NCBI GenBank assembly: GCA_043816125.1
Contig: JBDRIF010000045.1
Span: forward strand, 1-48,886
DNA: 48,886 nt
Reading direction: 5' to 3'
Source: a bacterium
Lineage (GTDB): Bacteria > Margulisbacteria > WOR-1 > O2-12-FULL-45-9
The notes beneath the pieces were generated by a model. The model was not told the origin of the DNA. It ran no database searches and saw only the letters and a list, made by a program, of their open reading frames with translations. Below, piece by piece: positions 31,412 to 39,457 of the stretch. Made by a program: the position numbers and the translations under genes. Positions within the stretch are counted from its first letter, which is position 1, and each line of letters starts with the position of its first letter.

Positions 31412-31897
31412 GTGATCAAAAATGTGTTGATATTTGTCCTCTGTTTGTTTTTTATTTCTTCTTCTTACGCCACTTCAATCAAATATTTCCCCGGTATCAA
31501 GTTTCAATCTTCTGCCTATGGTATCTGGTATGACAAAGGTAATATTGAACTTTTTCTCTCTTCAACCAAAACTCCGAATGTCTATCTTTTTGGTGCGCAT
31601 AAGAAGCACAAGGTGAATGGTTGGTTGACCCTATTGACCGGACTTAGCGGGCAGAAAGGGCCGAACGAAACGCCCCTTACGATTGGACTTGGCGCTCAGG
31701 GGGATTGGGATTTTTTTGGAATGCAGATCAAAGCTCCGGTTTTGTTCAGTTATTACCGCAATTCAGCTATGACGATCGATTATGGCCTTGAAATTCCTTA
31801 CCGAGCCTGGCTTTTAGGCTTTCGAGGGATTTACTGGCTAATTAATAACCAAACAGGAGTCAATGAGTTGTACTGGCAGGTAGGTATTGATTTATGA
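31412..31897 (+). CDS. small secreted, beta-rich (OMP-like) hypothetical protein
   Basis: 161 aa; signal peptide IKNVLIFVLCLFFISSSYA. Alternating hydrophobic pattern with Gly/aromatic-rich strands. GTG start. Confidence 0.5.
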   Translation: MIKNVLIFVLCLFFISSSYATSIKYFPGIKFQSSAYGIWYDKGNIELFLSSTKTPNVYLFGAHKKHKVNGWLTLLTGLSGQKGPNETPLTIGLGAQGDWDFFGMQIKAPVLFSYYRNSAMTIDYGLEIPYRAWLLGFRGIYWLINNQTGVNELYWQVGIDL

Positions 31898-33144
31898 AGA
31901 AGGTCTTTTTAGTTGTCAGTTGTTTGTTGTTAGTTGTTGGTTTGTCAAATGGTTGCGGCGAAATGCGTCTGCCGTATAATTACAACTCGACGGTCGATGC
32001 CGAGTTCACTTATTTCCCCGTCGACTTGGCAAAACTATTTTGGGCGGATAATCCGGATTATCAGGCCGAATATCTGATTAACCTAAATACTAATGGTCCA
32101 TTCTTAAGCCCGTTTGCCATCCATACCGAAGGGGATCACAATGACGGCTATGGAAAATGGTATCTCCGCTCGTGGGACCGGTCGTTGAAAGTCTATATGC
32201 CGGTGCAAGGGACTATCTTGCCAAAAAATATTACGAATACATTAAACAGAGTAACTACTTATGAAGGAGATGAGGTTTGTGTCGATACCACTGTTGATTT
32301 TGTGATCAATGAACATGTCACTTTGCGTTTTGGTCATTTGGAACTTCTCAAATCTATTCAAGATGACCTAGACAATAGTGAAGATGGCTATTTAACTTTG
32401 CCGGCCGGGACCCATGTCGGGTATATATTGTCATTAGCCTACAGTGGTGAGGCGACTACCGGATCGCTCGATTTTCAGGTCTCTGATGATCGGGTCAATC
32501 AGGGGGTTGCTTACGATCCGGAGTATCACGCAAATCAATGGAGCTTGCCGCTAAACTATTTTACTTCTGATCTACAGACAGAAATTGAAACCTATTACGA
32601 TATTTTGTACTCTCGATTGGCAGAGATCGGCCGCTCTCCCGAGTCTAAGCTGGATAGTGCGTTAAATATTCATATCGGTAACAGCCCCTGGGGTGTTTGG
32701 TATTATGAAGAAGGGGATCTGGTGACAGCCGAAGGACATTATGATTGGGGGATGTCTGTAATCACCATGCTAAAACATCCGGAAAAAACTAATGAAGAAA
32801 CTTTTATATATGACCTTAGTATTTCGACTATGGAAGTTCCTGTCCGTTCTGATCTGGTCGGATTGTTTAATGCCAATAACGCGGAGACCGCGCCGGACAA
32901 ATATACTTTTCTGGAATCGGCAGTCTGGAGTCTCTATCTGGAAAGTGGGACCACAAATGAAGCAGGGGTCTTTAGAATGGAAGCTCCCCTTGGTACTCAT
33001 TACATGAAGTTTGAATTTCTCGAAGAGAGTTGTTCTGTTTGTCCCTGGGATGATAAGCTTAGAATAGAGTTCTTTGAGACATCTGCCGAAGCGAGTGGGG
33101 CGTTTGTGGATCCTTTAATCTATGGGAGAAATCCGAGTGAATAA
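31894..33144 (+). CDS. hypothetical lipoprotein
   Basis: 416 aa; MKKVFLVVSCLLLVVGLSNGCGE lipobox. ATGA overlap with the previous gene. The segment VTLRFGHLELL...LPAGTHVGYI vaguely recalls the M23/LytM barrel, but I saw no HxH metal site. Confidence 0.55.
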   Translation: MKKVFLVVSCLLLVVGLSNGCGEMRLPYNYNSTVDAEFTYFPVDLAKLFWADNPDYQAEYLINLNTNGPFLSPFAIHTEGDHNDGYGKWYLRSWDRSLKVYMPVQGTILPKNITNTLNRVTTYEGDEVCVDTTVDFVINEHVTLRFGHLELLKSIQDDLDNSEDGYLTLPAGTHVGYILSLAYSGEATTGSLDFQVSDDRVNQGVAYDPEYHANQWSLPLNYFTSDLQTEIETYYDILYSRLAEIGRSPESKLDSALNIHIGNSPWGVWYYEEGDLVTAEGHYDWGMSVITMLKHPEKTNEETFIYDLSISTMEVPVRSDLVGLFNANNAETAPDKYTFLESAVWSLYLESGTTNEAGVFRMEAPLGTHYMKFEFLEESCSVCPWDDKLRIEFFETSAEASGAFVDPLIYGRNPSE

Positions 33145-33439
33145 GAAAATTGTTGTATTATTAATGATCTGTTTGTTGAATGGCCCGGCATTTTGTGAAA
33201 CAGCAACACCAGAAGCCCAACCCCAACCCGAACACAATTTCTGGCAGGAGTTTGATATTACTTTCTGGCAAGGACTGCCCTGGATCACGATCTGGACGCA
33301 TTTTGCGGAAAGGCAGATCCAGGCTCAGCAAAATCCCGGCCAGCCGGCGAACTGGACGGTTATTTTGTCTGCTTCCACTGTTTTATCGGCGATCAATGCT
33401 TATCAGCACTCGAGAAGAGTTGCGGAGAATAGGGAATAG
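33122..33439 (+). CDS. small secreted hypothetical protein
   Basis: 105 aa from ATG 33122. The alternative GTG 33137 (MNKKIVVLLMICLLNGPAFC) sits behind GGGAGA and gives a cleaner signal peptide. Confidence 0.5.
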   Translation: MGEIRVNKKIVVLLMICLLNGPAFCETATPEAQPQPEHNFWQEFDITFWQGLPWITIWTHFAERQIQAQQNPGQPANWTVILSASTVLSAINAYQHSRRVAENRE

Positions 33440-33442
33440 GGG

Positions 33443-33832
33443 ATGAGAGAACAGGGAATTGTCAGCAAAATTCTTTCCCCTCTTCTGGTTGAAGTCTCTT
33501 TTCAAAGATCAGCCGCCTGCGAAAAATGCAACCTTTGTCATGGTCTGGATGAAAATAATGTTGGAGTAGAGGCGGTTAATGAGGTTGGAGCCAAGGTTGG
33601 AGATAAAGTAGAAATTGATATCCCTTCGCAGGAAGTTGTCAAAGGTTCAATCGTCATTTTTGTTTTGCCGCTCCTTTTATTAATTATTGGCTATTTAATA
33701 GGCAACTATTATTTTAGCGAAAGTTACGCGATTTTACTGGGGTTCATTTTTTTTGTCGGGAGTTTTTGGCTGGTTAGGTGGTATGACCGGAAATCCGTTT
33801 TACGGGCCATGATCATAAAAGTCTTCTCCTGA
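33443..33832 (+). CDS. rseC: RseC/MucC-family (SoxR-reducing system) membrane protein
   Basis: 129 aa; GIVSKILSPLLVEVSFQRSAACEKCNLCHG N-terminal Cys motif followed by two TM helices. Classical neighbour of rnf operons. Confidence 0.75.
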   Translation: MREQGIVSKILSPLLVEVSFQRSAACEKCNLCHGLDENNVGVEAVNEVGAKVGDKVEIDIPSQEVVKGSIVIFVLPLLLLIIGYLIGNYYFSESYAILLGFIFFVGSFWLVRWYDRKSVLRAMIIKVFS

Positions 33833-33932
33833 TTGAAATTTCCTTCAACACGCACGCGCGCAAGGCAGCAAATATGCCGTGGCTCCCCAAGCTGCGCAGC
33901 CGTCTTATCAGAAATTGCATGTAAGATGAAAT

Positions 33933-33960
33933 TTGCTTGTTTTCCTGTCGATGTTAATGT
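33933..33960 (+). promoter_or_regulatory. putative promoter of the repeat-gene array: TTGCTT-N16-(TGt)TAATGT, followed by GAGGTG SD
   Basis: TTGCTT 33933..33938, TAATGT 33955..33960 preceded by TGT, SD 33962..33967, ATG 33976. Confidence 0.4.
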
Positions 33961-33975
33961 TGAGGTGAATCATCA

Positions 33976-34227
33976 ATGAGGCCACAATTGCCCTGGATCC
34001 CAATCAAGGATTTGGATAATGAAAAAATAATTGCAGAAATTGCAGATAATTTGAACAAGATGCTGAATAAAGCCTGGGAGGAAAAAGAAGATAAGAGTAA
34101 AAATGAGCTTGAATATGAAGGGGTGACTTTCTTTAGGAGAAAATTGGGAGACCGACAAATCTGGGCGACTGATAAAGAGAACTTTTTAGCTGTTGCCAAT
34201 ATTTTGGGAGAAATAAATGAGTGTTAG
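33976..34227 (+). CDS. repeat-family protein, one module (divergent N-terminal half)
   Basis: 83 aa; ...LNKAWEEKEDKSKNELEYEGVTFFRRKLGDRQIWATDKENFLAVANILGEINEC. Its stop lies inside ATGAGTGTTAG, which also starts the next ORF. Confidence 0.65.
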   Translation: MRPQLPWIPIKDLDNEKIIAEIADNLNKMLNKAWEEKEDKSKNELEYEGVTFFRRKLGDRQIWATDKENFLAVANILGEINEC

Positions 34228-35104
34228 AACTGCATTAACTAGGCGCTTACCTGTTACAGGAAAGTGGACAAGGCCAACTTTTGCTGTTCCCATAATCAAC
34301 AGAGCAAGGGAAATGGGCGTGACCCAAAATGATCCAACCTTTGGTTTTATCGGGGGCGGACAGCCACTTAACGCTAGGTTTCTTAACGAACAGTTGAACA
34401 AGGCCTGGGAAGAGAAAGAGGATAAGAGTGCCAATGAGCTTGAATATAATGGCGTTATCTTCTTTAGAAGAAAATCAGGGTCACGTCACATCTGGGCTAC
34501 AGACAAGGAGAATGTAGAGGCAGTTGCCAAAATACTACAGCAAGGATATTTCCCTTTTGAAATCTCCCCTCTGGCTGATCATGAAATGGGCGTGACCCAA
34601 AATGATCCAATCTTTGGTTTTATCGGAGGTAGACAGCAAAATAATGCTAATTTTCTTAAAAAACTGTTGAACAAGGCCTGGGAGGAGAAAGCGGATAAGA
34701 GTACCAATGAGCTTGAATATAATGGCGTTATCTTCTTTAGAAGAAAAGCCGGGCCACGTCCCATCTGGGCTACAGACAAGAAGAATGTAGAGGCAGTTGC
34801 CAAAATACTACAGCAAGGATATTTCCCTTTTGAAATCTCCCCTCTGGCTGATCATGAAATGGGCGTGACCGTAAATGATCCAACCTTTGGTTTTATCGGA
34901 GGTAGACAGCAAAATAACTCCAAGTCTCTTAACGAACAGTTGAACAAGGCCTGGGAAGAGAAAGAGGATAAGAGTGCCAATGAGCTTGAATATAATGGCG
35001 TTATCTTCTTTAGAAGAAAATCAGGGTCAAACTACATCTGGGCGACTGATAAAGAGAACTTTTTAGCTGTTGCTAATATTTTGGGAGAAATAAATGAGTG
35101 TTAG
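34217..35104 (+). CDS. repeat-family protein, three tandem modules in one polypeptide
   Basis: 295 aa; 32-aa leader MSVRTALTRRLPVTGKWTRPTFAVPIINRARE, then modules starting MGVT at 34313, 34586 and 34859 (period 273 nt). Each reads MGVT.NDP.FGFIGG.Q..N...L...LNKAWEEK.DKS.NELEYNGVIFFRRK.G...IWATDK.N..AVA.IL. Confidence 0.7.
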   Translation: MSVRTALTRRLPVTGKWTRPTFAVPIINRAREMGVTQNDPTFGFIGGGQPLNARFLNEQLNKAWEEKEDKSANELEYNGVIFFRRKSGSRHIWATDKENVEAVAKILQQGYFPFEISPLADHEMGVTQNDPIFGFIGGRQQNNANFLKKLLNKAWEEKADKSTNELEYNGVIFFRRKAGPRPIWATDKKNVEAVAKILQQGYFPFEISPLADHEMGVTVNDPTFGFIGGRQQNNSKSLNEQLNKAWEEKEDKSANELEYNGVIFFRRKSGSNYIWATDKENFLAVANILGEINEC

Positions 35105-35453
35105 AACTGCATTAACTAGGCGCTTACCTGTTACAGGAAATTGGACAAGGCCAACTTTTGCTGTTCCCATAATCAACAGAGCAAGGGAAATGGGCGTGAC
35201 CAGAAATGATCCAACCTTTGGTTTTATCGGAGGCGGACAGCAACTTAACGCTAAGTTTCTTAAAAACCAGTTGAACAAGGTCTGGGAAGAGAAAGCGGAT
35301 AAGAGTACCAATGAACTTGAATATAATGGCGTTATCTTCTTTAGAAGAAAATCGGGCCTGCGTCACATCTGGGCTACAGACAAGGAGAATGTAGCGGCAG
35401 TTGCTGGAATTTTAGGAAAAAGCATAAAAGAAAAGTATAGAGATTCGTTATAA
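35094..35453 (+). CDS. repeat-family protein, one module
   Basis: 119 aa; same 32-aa leader as 34217 (one substitution) plus one module. Same ATGAGTGTTAG junction with the preceding ORF. Confidence 0.7.
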   Translation: MSVRTALTRRLPVTGNWTRPTFAVPIINRAREMGVTRNDPTFGFIGGGQQLNAKFLKNQLNKVWEEKADKSTNELEYNGVIFFRRKSGLRHIWATDKENVAAVAGILGKSIKEKYRDSL

Positions 35454-35542
35454 TGATTGATAGAATCAAAATCAGACAGAAATGCTCTCTTTAGGGCCGA
35501 TAGCTAAAAGTCAAGGATAATATTTTCTGTTTCTTTGTATTA

Positions 35543-35551
35543 TGATATAAT
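35543..35551 (+). promoter_or_regulatory. extended -10 box TGATATAAT upstream of rnfC (17 nt to the ATG, no SD)
   Basis: tgatataat at 35543..35551, then gacccggttgctttttt, ATG at 35569. Confidence 0.5.
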
Positions 35552-35568
35552 GACCCGGTTGCTTTTTT

Positions 35569-36882
35569 ATGAAAACTTTTAAACAAGGGATCCATCCTGC
35601 TTACAACAAGCGGGAGACACAGGACAGACAGATTGTCGAGGCTGCTCTTCCTAATAAAGTTATTATTCCGCTGCACCAGCATACCGGCGCGGTCTGCGAG
35701 CCTTTGGTTAAAGTCGGCGATGAGGTTGTCGAAGGGCAAAAGATTGGTGAGTCCGACAAATTTATTTCTGCCTCTGTTCATGCTTCAATCTCCGGAAAAG
35801 TAACCAAGATAGATAAGTTTCCGCATCCGTGCGGGGTTAATGTGTTGAGTGTGGTGATAGAAGCGGCCGCTCATCTCGATACGCCGCTTCGCGCCTACTC
35901 GATGAGCGGGCTTGACGCGGAACAGATTCGTTCTGTTGTCAAAGAAGCAGGCATTGTTGGGCTTGGCGGGGCGGCATTCCCAACTCATGTAAAGTTGTCT
36001 CCTCCAAAAGATAAAGTAATTGATACTATTATTATTAATGGTTGTGAATGTGAACCGTTTATTACCGCTGATCATAGAATAATGTTGGAAATGACCAAGG
36101 AGGTCGTTTATGGCGCCAAGGCAGTGGCCAAAGCTTGCGGGGCCAAGCGTATTCTGGTTGGAGTTGAAGATAATAAGGCCGATGCTATTGCCAAACTACG
36201 CGCCGCGATCCGGACCCAGCCGCTGGAAGTTGTCGATCAATTTGATGTTATTCGTTTGGAAACCAAATATCCTCAGGGCGGAGAAAAAATGTTGATCAAA
36301 GCGATGCTTAATCGTGAGGTCCCTTCCCGCGGTCTGCCTTTAGATGTCGGTGTGGTGGTTGTTAATGTCGGGACCTGTGTGGCACTGGCCGAAGCGATAC
36401 AGCTGGGCCGGCCTTTAACCAAACGAGTTGTTACTGTTACCGGATCGGGGATCAAAGAGCCGAAAAATCTGTTGGTCCGGATCGGGACCTCTTTTAATGA
36501 TGTAGTGGCGCAGTGCGGTGGATTAGCGGATGGGGCGCGCAAGATCATTGCCGGTGGTCCGATGATGGGGGTGGCGCAAGTTGATCTGGAAGTGCCGATT
36601 GTCAAAGCGACCAGTTGTATCCTTGTTTTGACTGAAAAAGAAATTGCTCAAGAACTGGAATTCCCCTGCTGTAAATGTTCACGTTGTGTCGACCATTGCC
36701 CCATGTACCTTGTGCCGACCAAAATAGTCGCCTATGCGCAAAATAGTAAATTGAGTGAATTTGAAGAATGGGGGGGCGGCGATTGTATTGAATGTGGCTG
36801 TTGTGCCTATAATTGCCCGGCCAAAATTCCTATGGTTCAGTGGATTAAATTAGGAAAACTGAAAGCGAGAAATTTAAAATGA
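35569..36882 (+). CDS. rnfC: Rnf electron-transport complex subunit C
   Basis: 437 aa; GIVGLGGAAFPTHVKL, IINGCECEPFITADHR, two 4Fe-4S motifs (CCKCSRCVDHCP, CIECGCCAYNCP). Confidence 0.92.
   Translation: MKTFKQGIHPAYNKRETQDRQIVEAALPNKVIIPLHQHTGAVCEPLVKVGDEVVEGQKIGESDKFISASVHASISGKVTKIDKFPHPCGVNVLSVVIEAAAHLDTPLRAYSMSGLDAEQIRSVVKEAGIVGLGGAAFPTHVKLSPPKDKVIDTIIINGCECEPFITADHRIMLEMTKEVVYGAKAVAKACGAKRILVGVEDNKADAIAKLRAAIRTQPLEVVDQFDVIRLETKYPQGGEKMLIKAMLNREVPSRGLPLDVGVVVVNVGTCVALAEAIQLGRPLTKRVVTVTGSGIKEPKNLLVRIGTSFNDVVAQCGGLADGARKIIAGGPMMGVAQVDLEVPIVKATSCILVLTEKEIAQELEFPCCKCSRCVDHCPMYLVPTKIVAYAQNSKLSEFEEWGGGDCIECGCCAYNCPAKIPMVQWIKLGKLKARNLK
35867..35909. repeat. GC-rich hairpin repeat element, copy B, embedded in frame in rnfC
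   Basis: ccgctcatctcgatacgccgcttcgcgcctactcgatgagcgg; 9-bp terminal stem ccgctcatc/gatgagcgg. Translated as AAHLDTPLRAYSMSG in the linker before the GIVGLGGA domain. Confidence 0.75.
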
Positions 36883-37808
36883 ATTATCTGATTTCTCCCG
36901 GCCCACACATCAAAGCGAAAGATTCTATCCCTCAGTTGATGAATTTGGTTCTTATTGCTCTTTTGCCGGCGGTTGCGGCGGGGGTCTATTTTTTCGGTCT
37001 GCCGGCACTGTTTCTGATGCTGGTTTGTACCATAGCCGCGGTGGTTACGGAAATCATCTGTCTCAAAATAATGAAAAGTAAAACGCCGGCCAAAGGGGGC
37101 GGGGCGATTTTGACCGGTTTATTGTTGGCGATGTGCTTGCCTCCCAATTTCCCGTTGTGGGCCGGAGCGCTTGGCAGTGTGGTGGCAATTGTTATCGGTA
37201 AACAACTTTTTGGCGGTTTGGGGTATAACATCTTCAATCCGGCTTTAGTTGGCAGGGCTTTTCTGGCCGCCGCTTTCCCTGTATTTATCACTACTTGGAC
37301 CTCGCCTTTTGCCGCCATTACTTCGGCCACTCCTTTGGCTGTGTCCAAATTTCAGCATTTGATAACTGAGCCGATGTCTCTTCTAATCGGGAATGTCGGC
37401 GGCTGTGTTGGTGAGACGTCTGCTCTATTATTATTACTTGGTGGTTTGTTCCTGTTGTGGAAAGGGGTAATTGACTGGCGTATCCCTGTCAGTTATCTGG
37501 CTTCAGTTTTTATTCTTGGAGGCTTTTTCTGGATTCTAAACCCACAACAATACCCGGATCCGATTTTCCATCTCCTAGCTGGGGGCTTAATGCTTGGGGC
37601 CTGGTTTATGGCTACTGATTATGTCACTTCACCTATCACCAAAAAAGGGATGTTGTATTTTGGTGCCGGGGCAGGGGTATTGGTCGTAATAATTCGTCTT
37701 TTCTCTGGGCTTCCGGAAGGGGTCATGTATTCTATTCTATTGATGAATGCTTTTGTCCCATTGATCAATCGTTATACCAGGCCGAGGATATTGGGGCGAG
37801 TTAAATGA
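36879..37808 (+). CDS. rnfD: Rnf complex subunit D
   Basis: 309 aa polytopic membrane protein; ISPGPHI N-terminus, NPALVGRAFL, SATPLA FMN-attachment region, MATDYVTSP. Confidence 0.9.
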   Translation: MNYLISPGPHIKAKDSIPQLMNLVLIALLPAVAAGVYFFGLPALFLMLVCTIAAVVTEIICLKIMKSKTPAKGGGAILTGLLLAMCLPPNFPLWAGALGSVVAIVIGKQLFGGLGYNIFNPALVGRAFLAAAFPVFITTWTSPFAAITSATPLAVSKFQHLITEPMSLLIGNVGGCVGETSALLLLLGGLFLLWKGVIDWRIPVSYLASVFILGGFFWILNPQQYPDPIFHLLAGGLMLGAWFMATDYVTSPITKKGMLYFGAGAGVLVVIIRLFSGLPEGVMYSILLMNAFVPLINRYTRPRILGRVK

Positions 37809-38320
37809 AAAAAATAATTCATATTATTGCGACGTTGACGGTGATCGGTTGTATCTCCGGCGGAATCCTGGCCGGAGTATATCAATGGGCCTTGCCTAAG
37901 ATCGTTGCCAATCAGATCAAAGAGACCGATGCGGCTGTTTTCAAGGTTGTCCCCGGTACGACCCGTTATGAAGAGAAAACAAAAGATGATTTGAAGTATT
38001 TTGAGTGTTTCGATAATACCGATGCCAAGACCGGTTACGCGATCCTTTGTCAGGGGAACGGCTATCAGGGAGCGATAAAAATGATGGTCGGCGTTAATGC
38101 CGATTTCTCTAAATTTACCGGATTAATTATTCTCGAACAATTAGAAACGCCCGGTTTGGGGGCCAAGATAGCGGAGGCAAAGTTTTTTACTCAGTTTACT
38201 GGACTTCTAACCGACAAACCTTTGGATCTTGTAATGGTCAAACCAATTACTGGAGCGACTATCTCTTCCAAATCAGTGGTCGGAATTATTAATAAGGCAG
38301 TCGAACAATGGCTAAAGTAA
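37805..38320 (+). CDS. rnfG: Rnf complex subunit G (FMN-binding)
   Basis: 171 aa; N-terminal anchor, GYQGAIKMMVGV, ETPGLGAKI, ITGATISS FMN-binding motif. Confidence 0.88.
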   Translation: MKKIIHIIATLTVIGCISGGILAGVYQWALPKIVANQIKETDAAVFKVVPGTTRYEEKTKDDLKYFECFDNTDAKTGYAILCQGNGYQGAIKMMVGVNADFSKFTGLIILEQLETPGLGAKIAEAKFFTQFTGLLTDKPLDLVMVKPITGATISSKSVVGIINKAVEQWLK

Positions 38321-38883
38321 AGAAAAGCTTAATCTTTGAGTTTGCTAAAGGCCTCTGGGCTGAAAATCCCGTAGCGCGCCAGTTGCTGGGGATGTGTCCG
38401 ACACTGGCGGTGACGACTTCATCGATCAACGGTTTTTCCATGGGGCTGGCTACTTCTTTTGTTCTGATCTGTTCGAGCACAATGATTTCGCTGATCAGAA
38501 AACTGATTCCGAGCCAGGTGCGGATTGCTTCATATATAGTAGTTATTGCCTCGTTTGTCACAGTGGCCGATCTTTTCTTAAAAGGGAATTTCCCCGATAT
38601 TTCCAAAGCCTTGGGCCCGTTTGTCCCTTTGATTGTTGTCAATTGTATTATTCTCGGCCGGGCCGAAGCTTTTGCCGCTAAACATCCCCCTCATGCTGCC
38701 TTTGTCGATGCGCTGGGGATGGGGATTGGTTTTACTTTGGCTCTGCTTGTTTTAGGAACTGTGCGTGAGATTCTCGGTTCCGGGATGTTTGGCGAACCGT
38801 GGGTCATAATGATCTTGCCGGCCGGGGCCTTTATTACATTGGGACTGCTGATCGGGTTGATGAATATGGTCAAGAGGAAATAA
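38308..38883 (+). CDS. rnfE: Rnf complex subunit E
   Basis: 191 aa; [20 protein letters not shown] signature. NqrD/RnfE-type 6-TM protein. Confidence 0.9.
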   Translation: MAKVKKSLIFEFAKGLWAENPVARQLLGMCPTLAVTTSSINGFSMGLATSFVLICSSTMISLIRKLIPSQVRIASYIVVIASFVTVADLFLKGNFPDISKALGPFVPLIVVNCIILGRAEAFAAKHPPHAAFVDALGMGIGFTLALLVLGTVREILGSGMFGEPWVIMILPAGAFITLGLLIGLMNMVKRK

Positions 38884-38884
38884 G

Positions 38885-39457
38885 ATGGATTTATTAATAA
38901 TATTTATTTCTGCTTCGGTAGTTAACAACTTTGTTTTGAGTTATTTCTTGGGCATTTGTCCTTTCCTGGGAGTTTCCAATAAGCTGGAAAAGGCGTTCAG
39001 CATGGGGCTGGCCGCGACTTTTGTTATGGTTTTATCGGCGATGGTTACCTGGATGATAAACAACTGGATATTAATTCCATTTAACCTCCCTTTTCTGCAG
39101 TATGTCGCTTTCATTATTGTAATTGCTTCTTTGGTCCAGTTTGTCGAAATGTTTTTAAGAAAAGCGGCTCCGGCATTATACCGGTCGCTTGGAATCTTCC
39201 TTCCATTGATCACGACCAACTGTGCGATCTTAGGCTTGGCGTTACTTTCTGCTTTGCGTGAGTATAATTTTCTGCAAAGTTTAGTTTTTGGTTTGGCTGC
39301 CGGTGTCGGTTTTACTTTGGCTCTCTGTATTATGGCCGGCATACGTGAAGAGTTGGATTTGGCGCCTGTCCCCGAACCGTTCAAAGGGGCGCCGATTACG
39401 TTGATCATTGCCGGTTTATTAGCCCTGGCTTTTATGGGCTTTGCGGGGATCATCTAA
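38885..39457 (+). CDS. rnfA: Rnf complex subunit A
   Basis: 190 aa; [18 protein letters not shown] signature and [12 protein letters not shown]. Confidence 0.9.
   Translation: MDLLIIFISASVVNNFVLSYFLGICPFLGVSNKLEKAFSMGLAATFVMVLSAMVTWMINNWILIPFNLPFLQYVAFIIVIASLVQFVEMFLRKAAPALYRSLGIFLPLITTNCAILGLALLSALREYNFLQSLVFGLAAGVGFTLALCIMAGIREELDLAPVPEPFKGAPITLIIAGLLALAFMGFAGII

Larger units (their letters stand above)
33976..35453 (+). repeat. tandem coding repeat array: five ~91-aa modules; higher-order 369-bp direct repeat 34159..34527 versus 35036..35404 (offset 877 bp)
   Basis: Manual nucleotide alignment shows long identical runs, e.g. atctgggcgactgataaagagaactttttagctgttgc(c/t)aatattttgggagaaataaatgagtgttagaactgcattaactaggcgcttacctgttacaggaaa in both copies, and identical ggcgttatcttctttagaagaaaa in four modules. 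Confidence 0.9.

Noticed and set aside
33840-33910. GC-rich stretch after rseC (cacgcacgcgcgcaaggcagc...gctgcgcagccg, including the self-complementary gctgcgcagc) as an rseC terminator or sRNA
   Set aside because: There is no U-tract and no convincing extended stem. It shares no sequence with the 4654/35867 repeat family. Noted only as compositionally odd.
34217-34227. Programmed ribosomal frameshift at the ATGAGTGTTAG junctions (also at 35094-35104) that would fuse the array ORFs
   Set aside because: There is no X XXY YYZ slippery heptamer and no downstream pseudoknot-like structure. The geometry is that of ordinary stop/start translational coupling.
34430-34520. GIY-YIG nuclease-like spacing in the module (GVIFF-N8-HIWAT versus GVY-N10-YVG)
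   Set aside because: The catalytic Tyr, Arg and Glu/Asn positions are not conserved, and a helix precedes the hairpin, unlike GIY-YIG domains. The similarity is too weak to claim without a profile search.
33976-35453. CRISPR array or diversity-generating retroelement (TR/VR) as an explanation for the repeats
   Set aside because: The period is 273 nt or longer and the repeats are coding and in frame. There are no short repeat-spacer units. No reverse transcriptase gene is in the window. Differences between copies are not concentrated at adenines.
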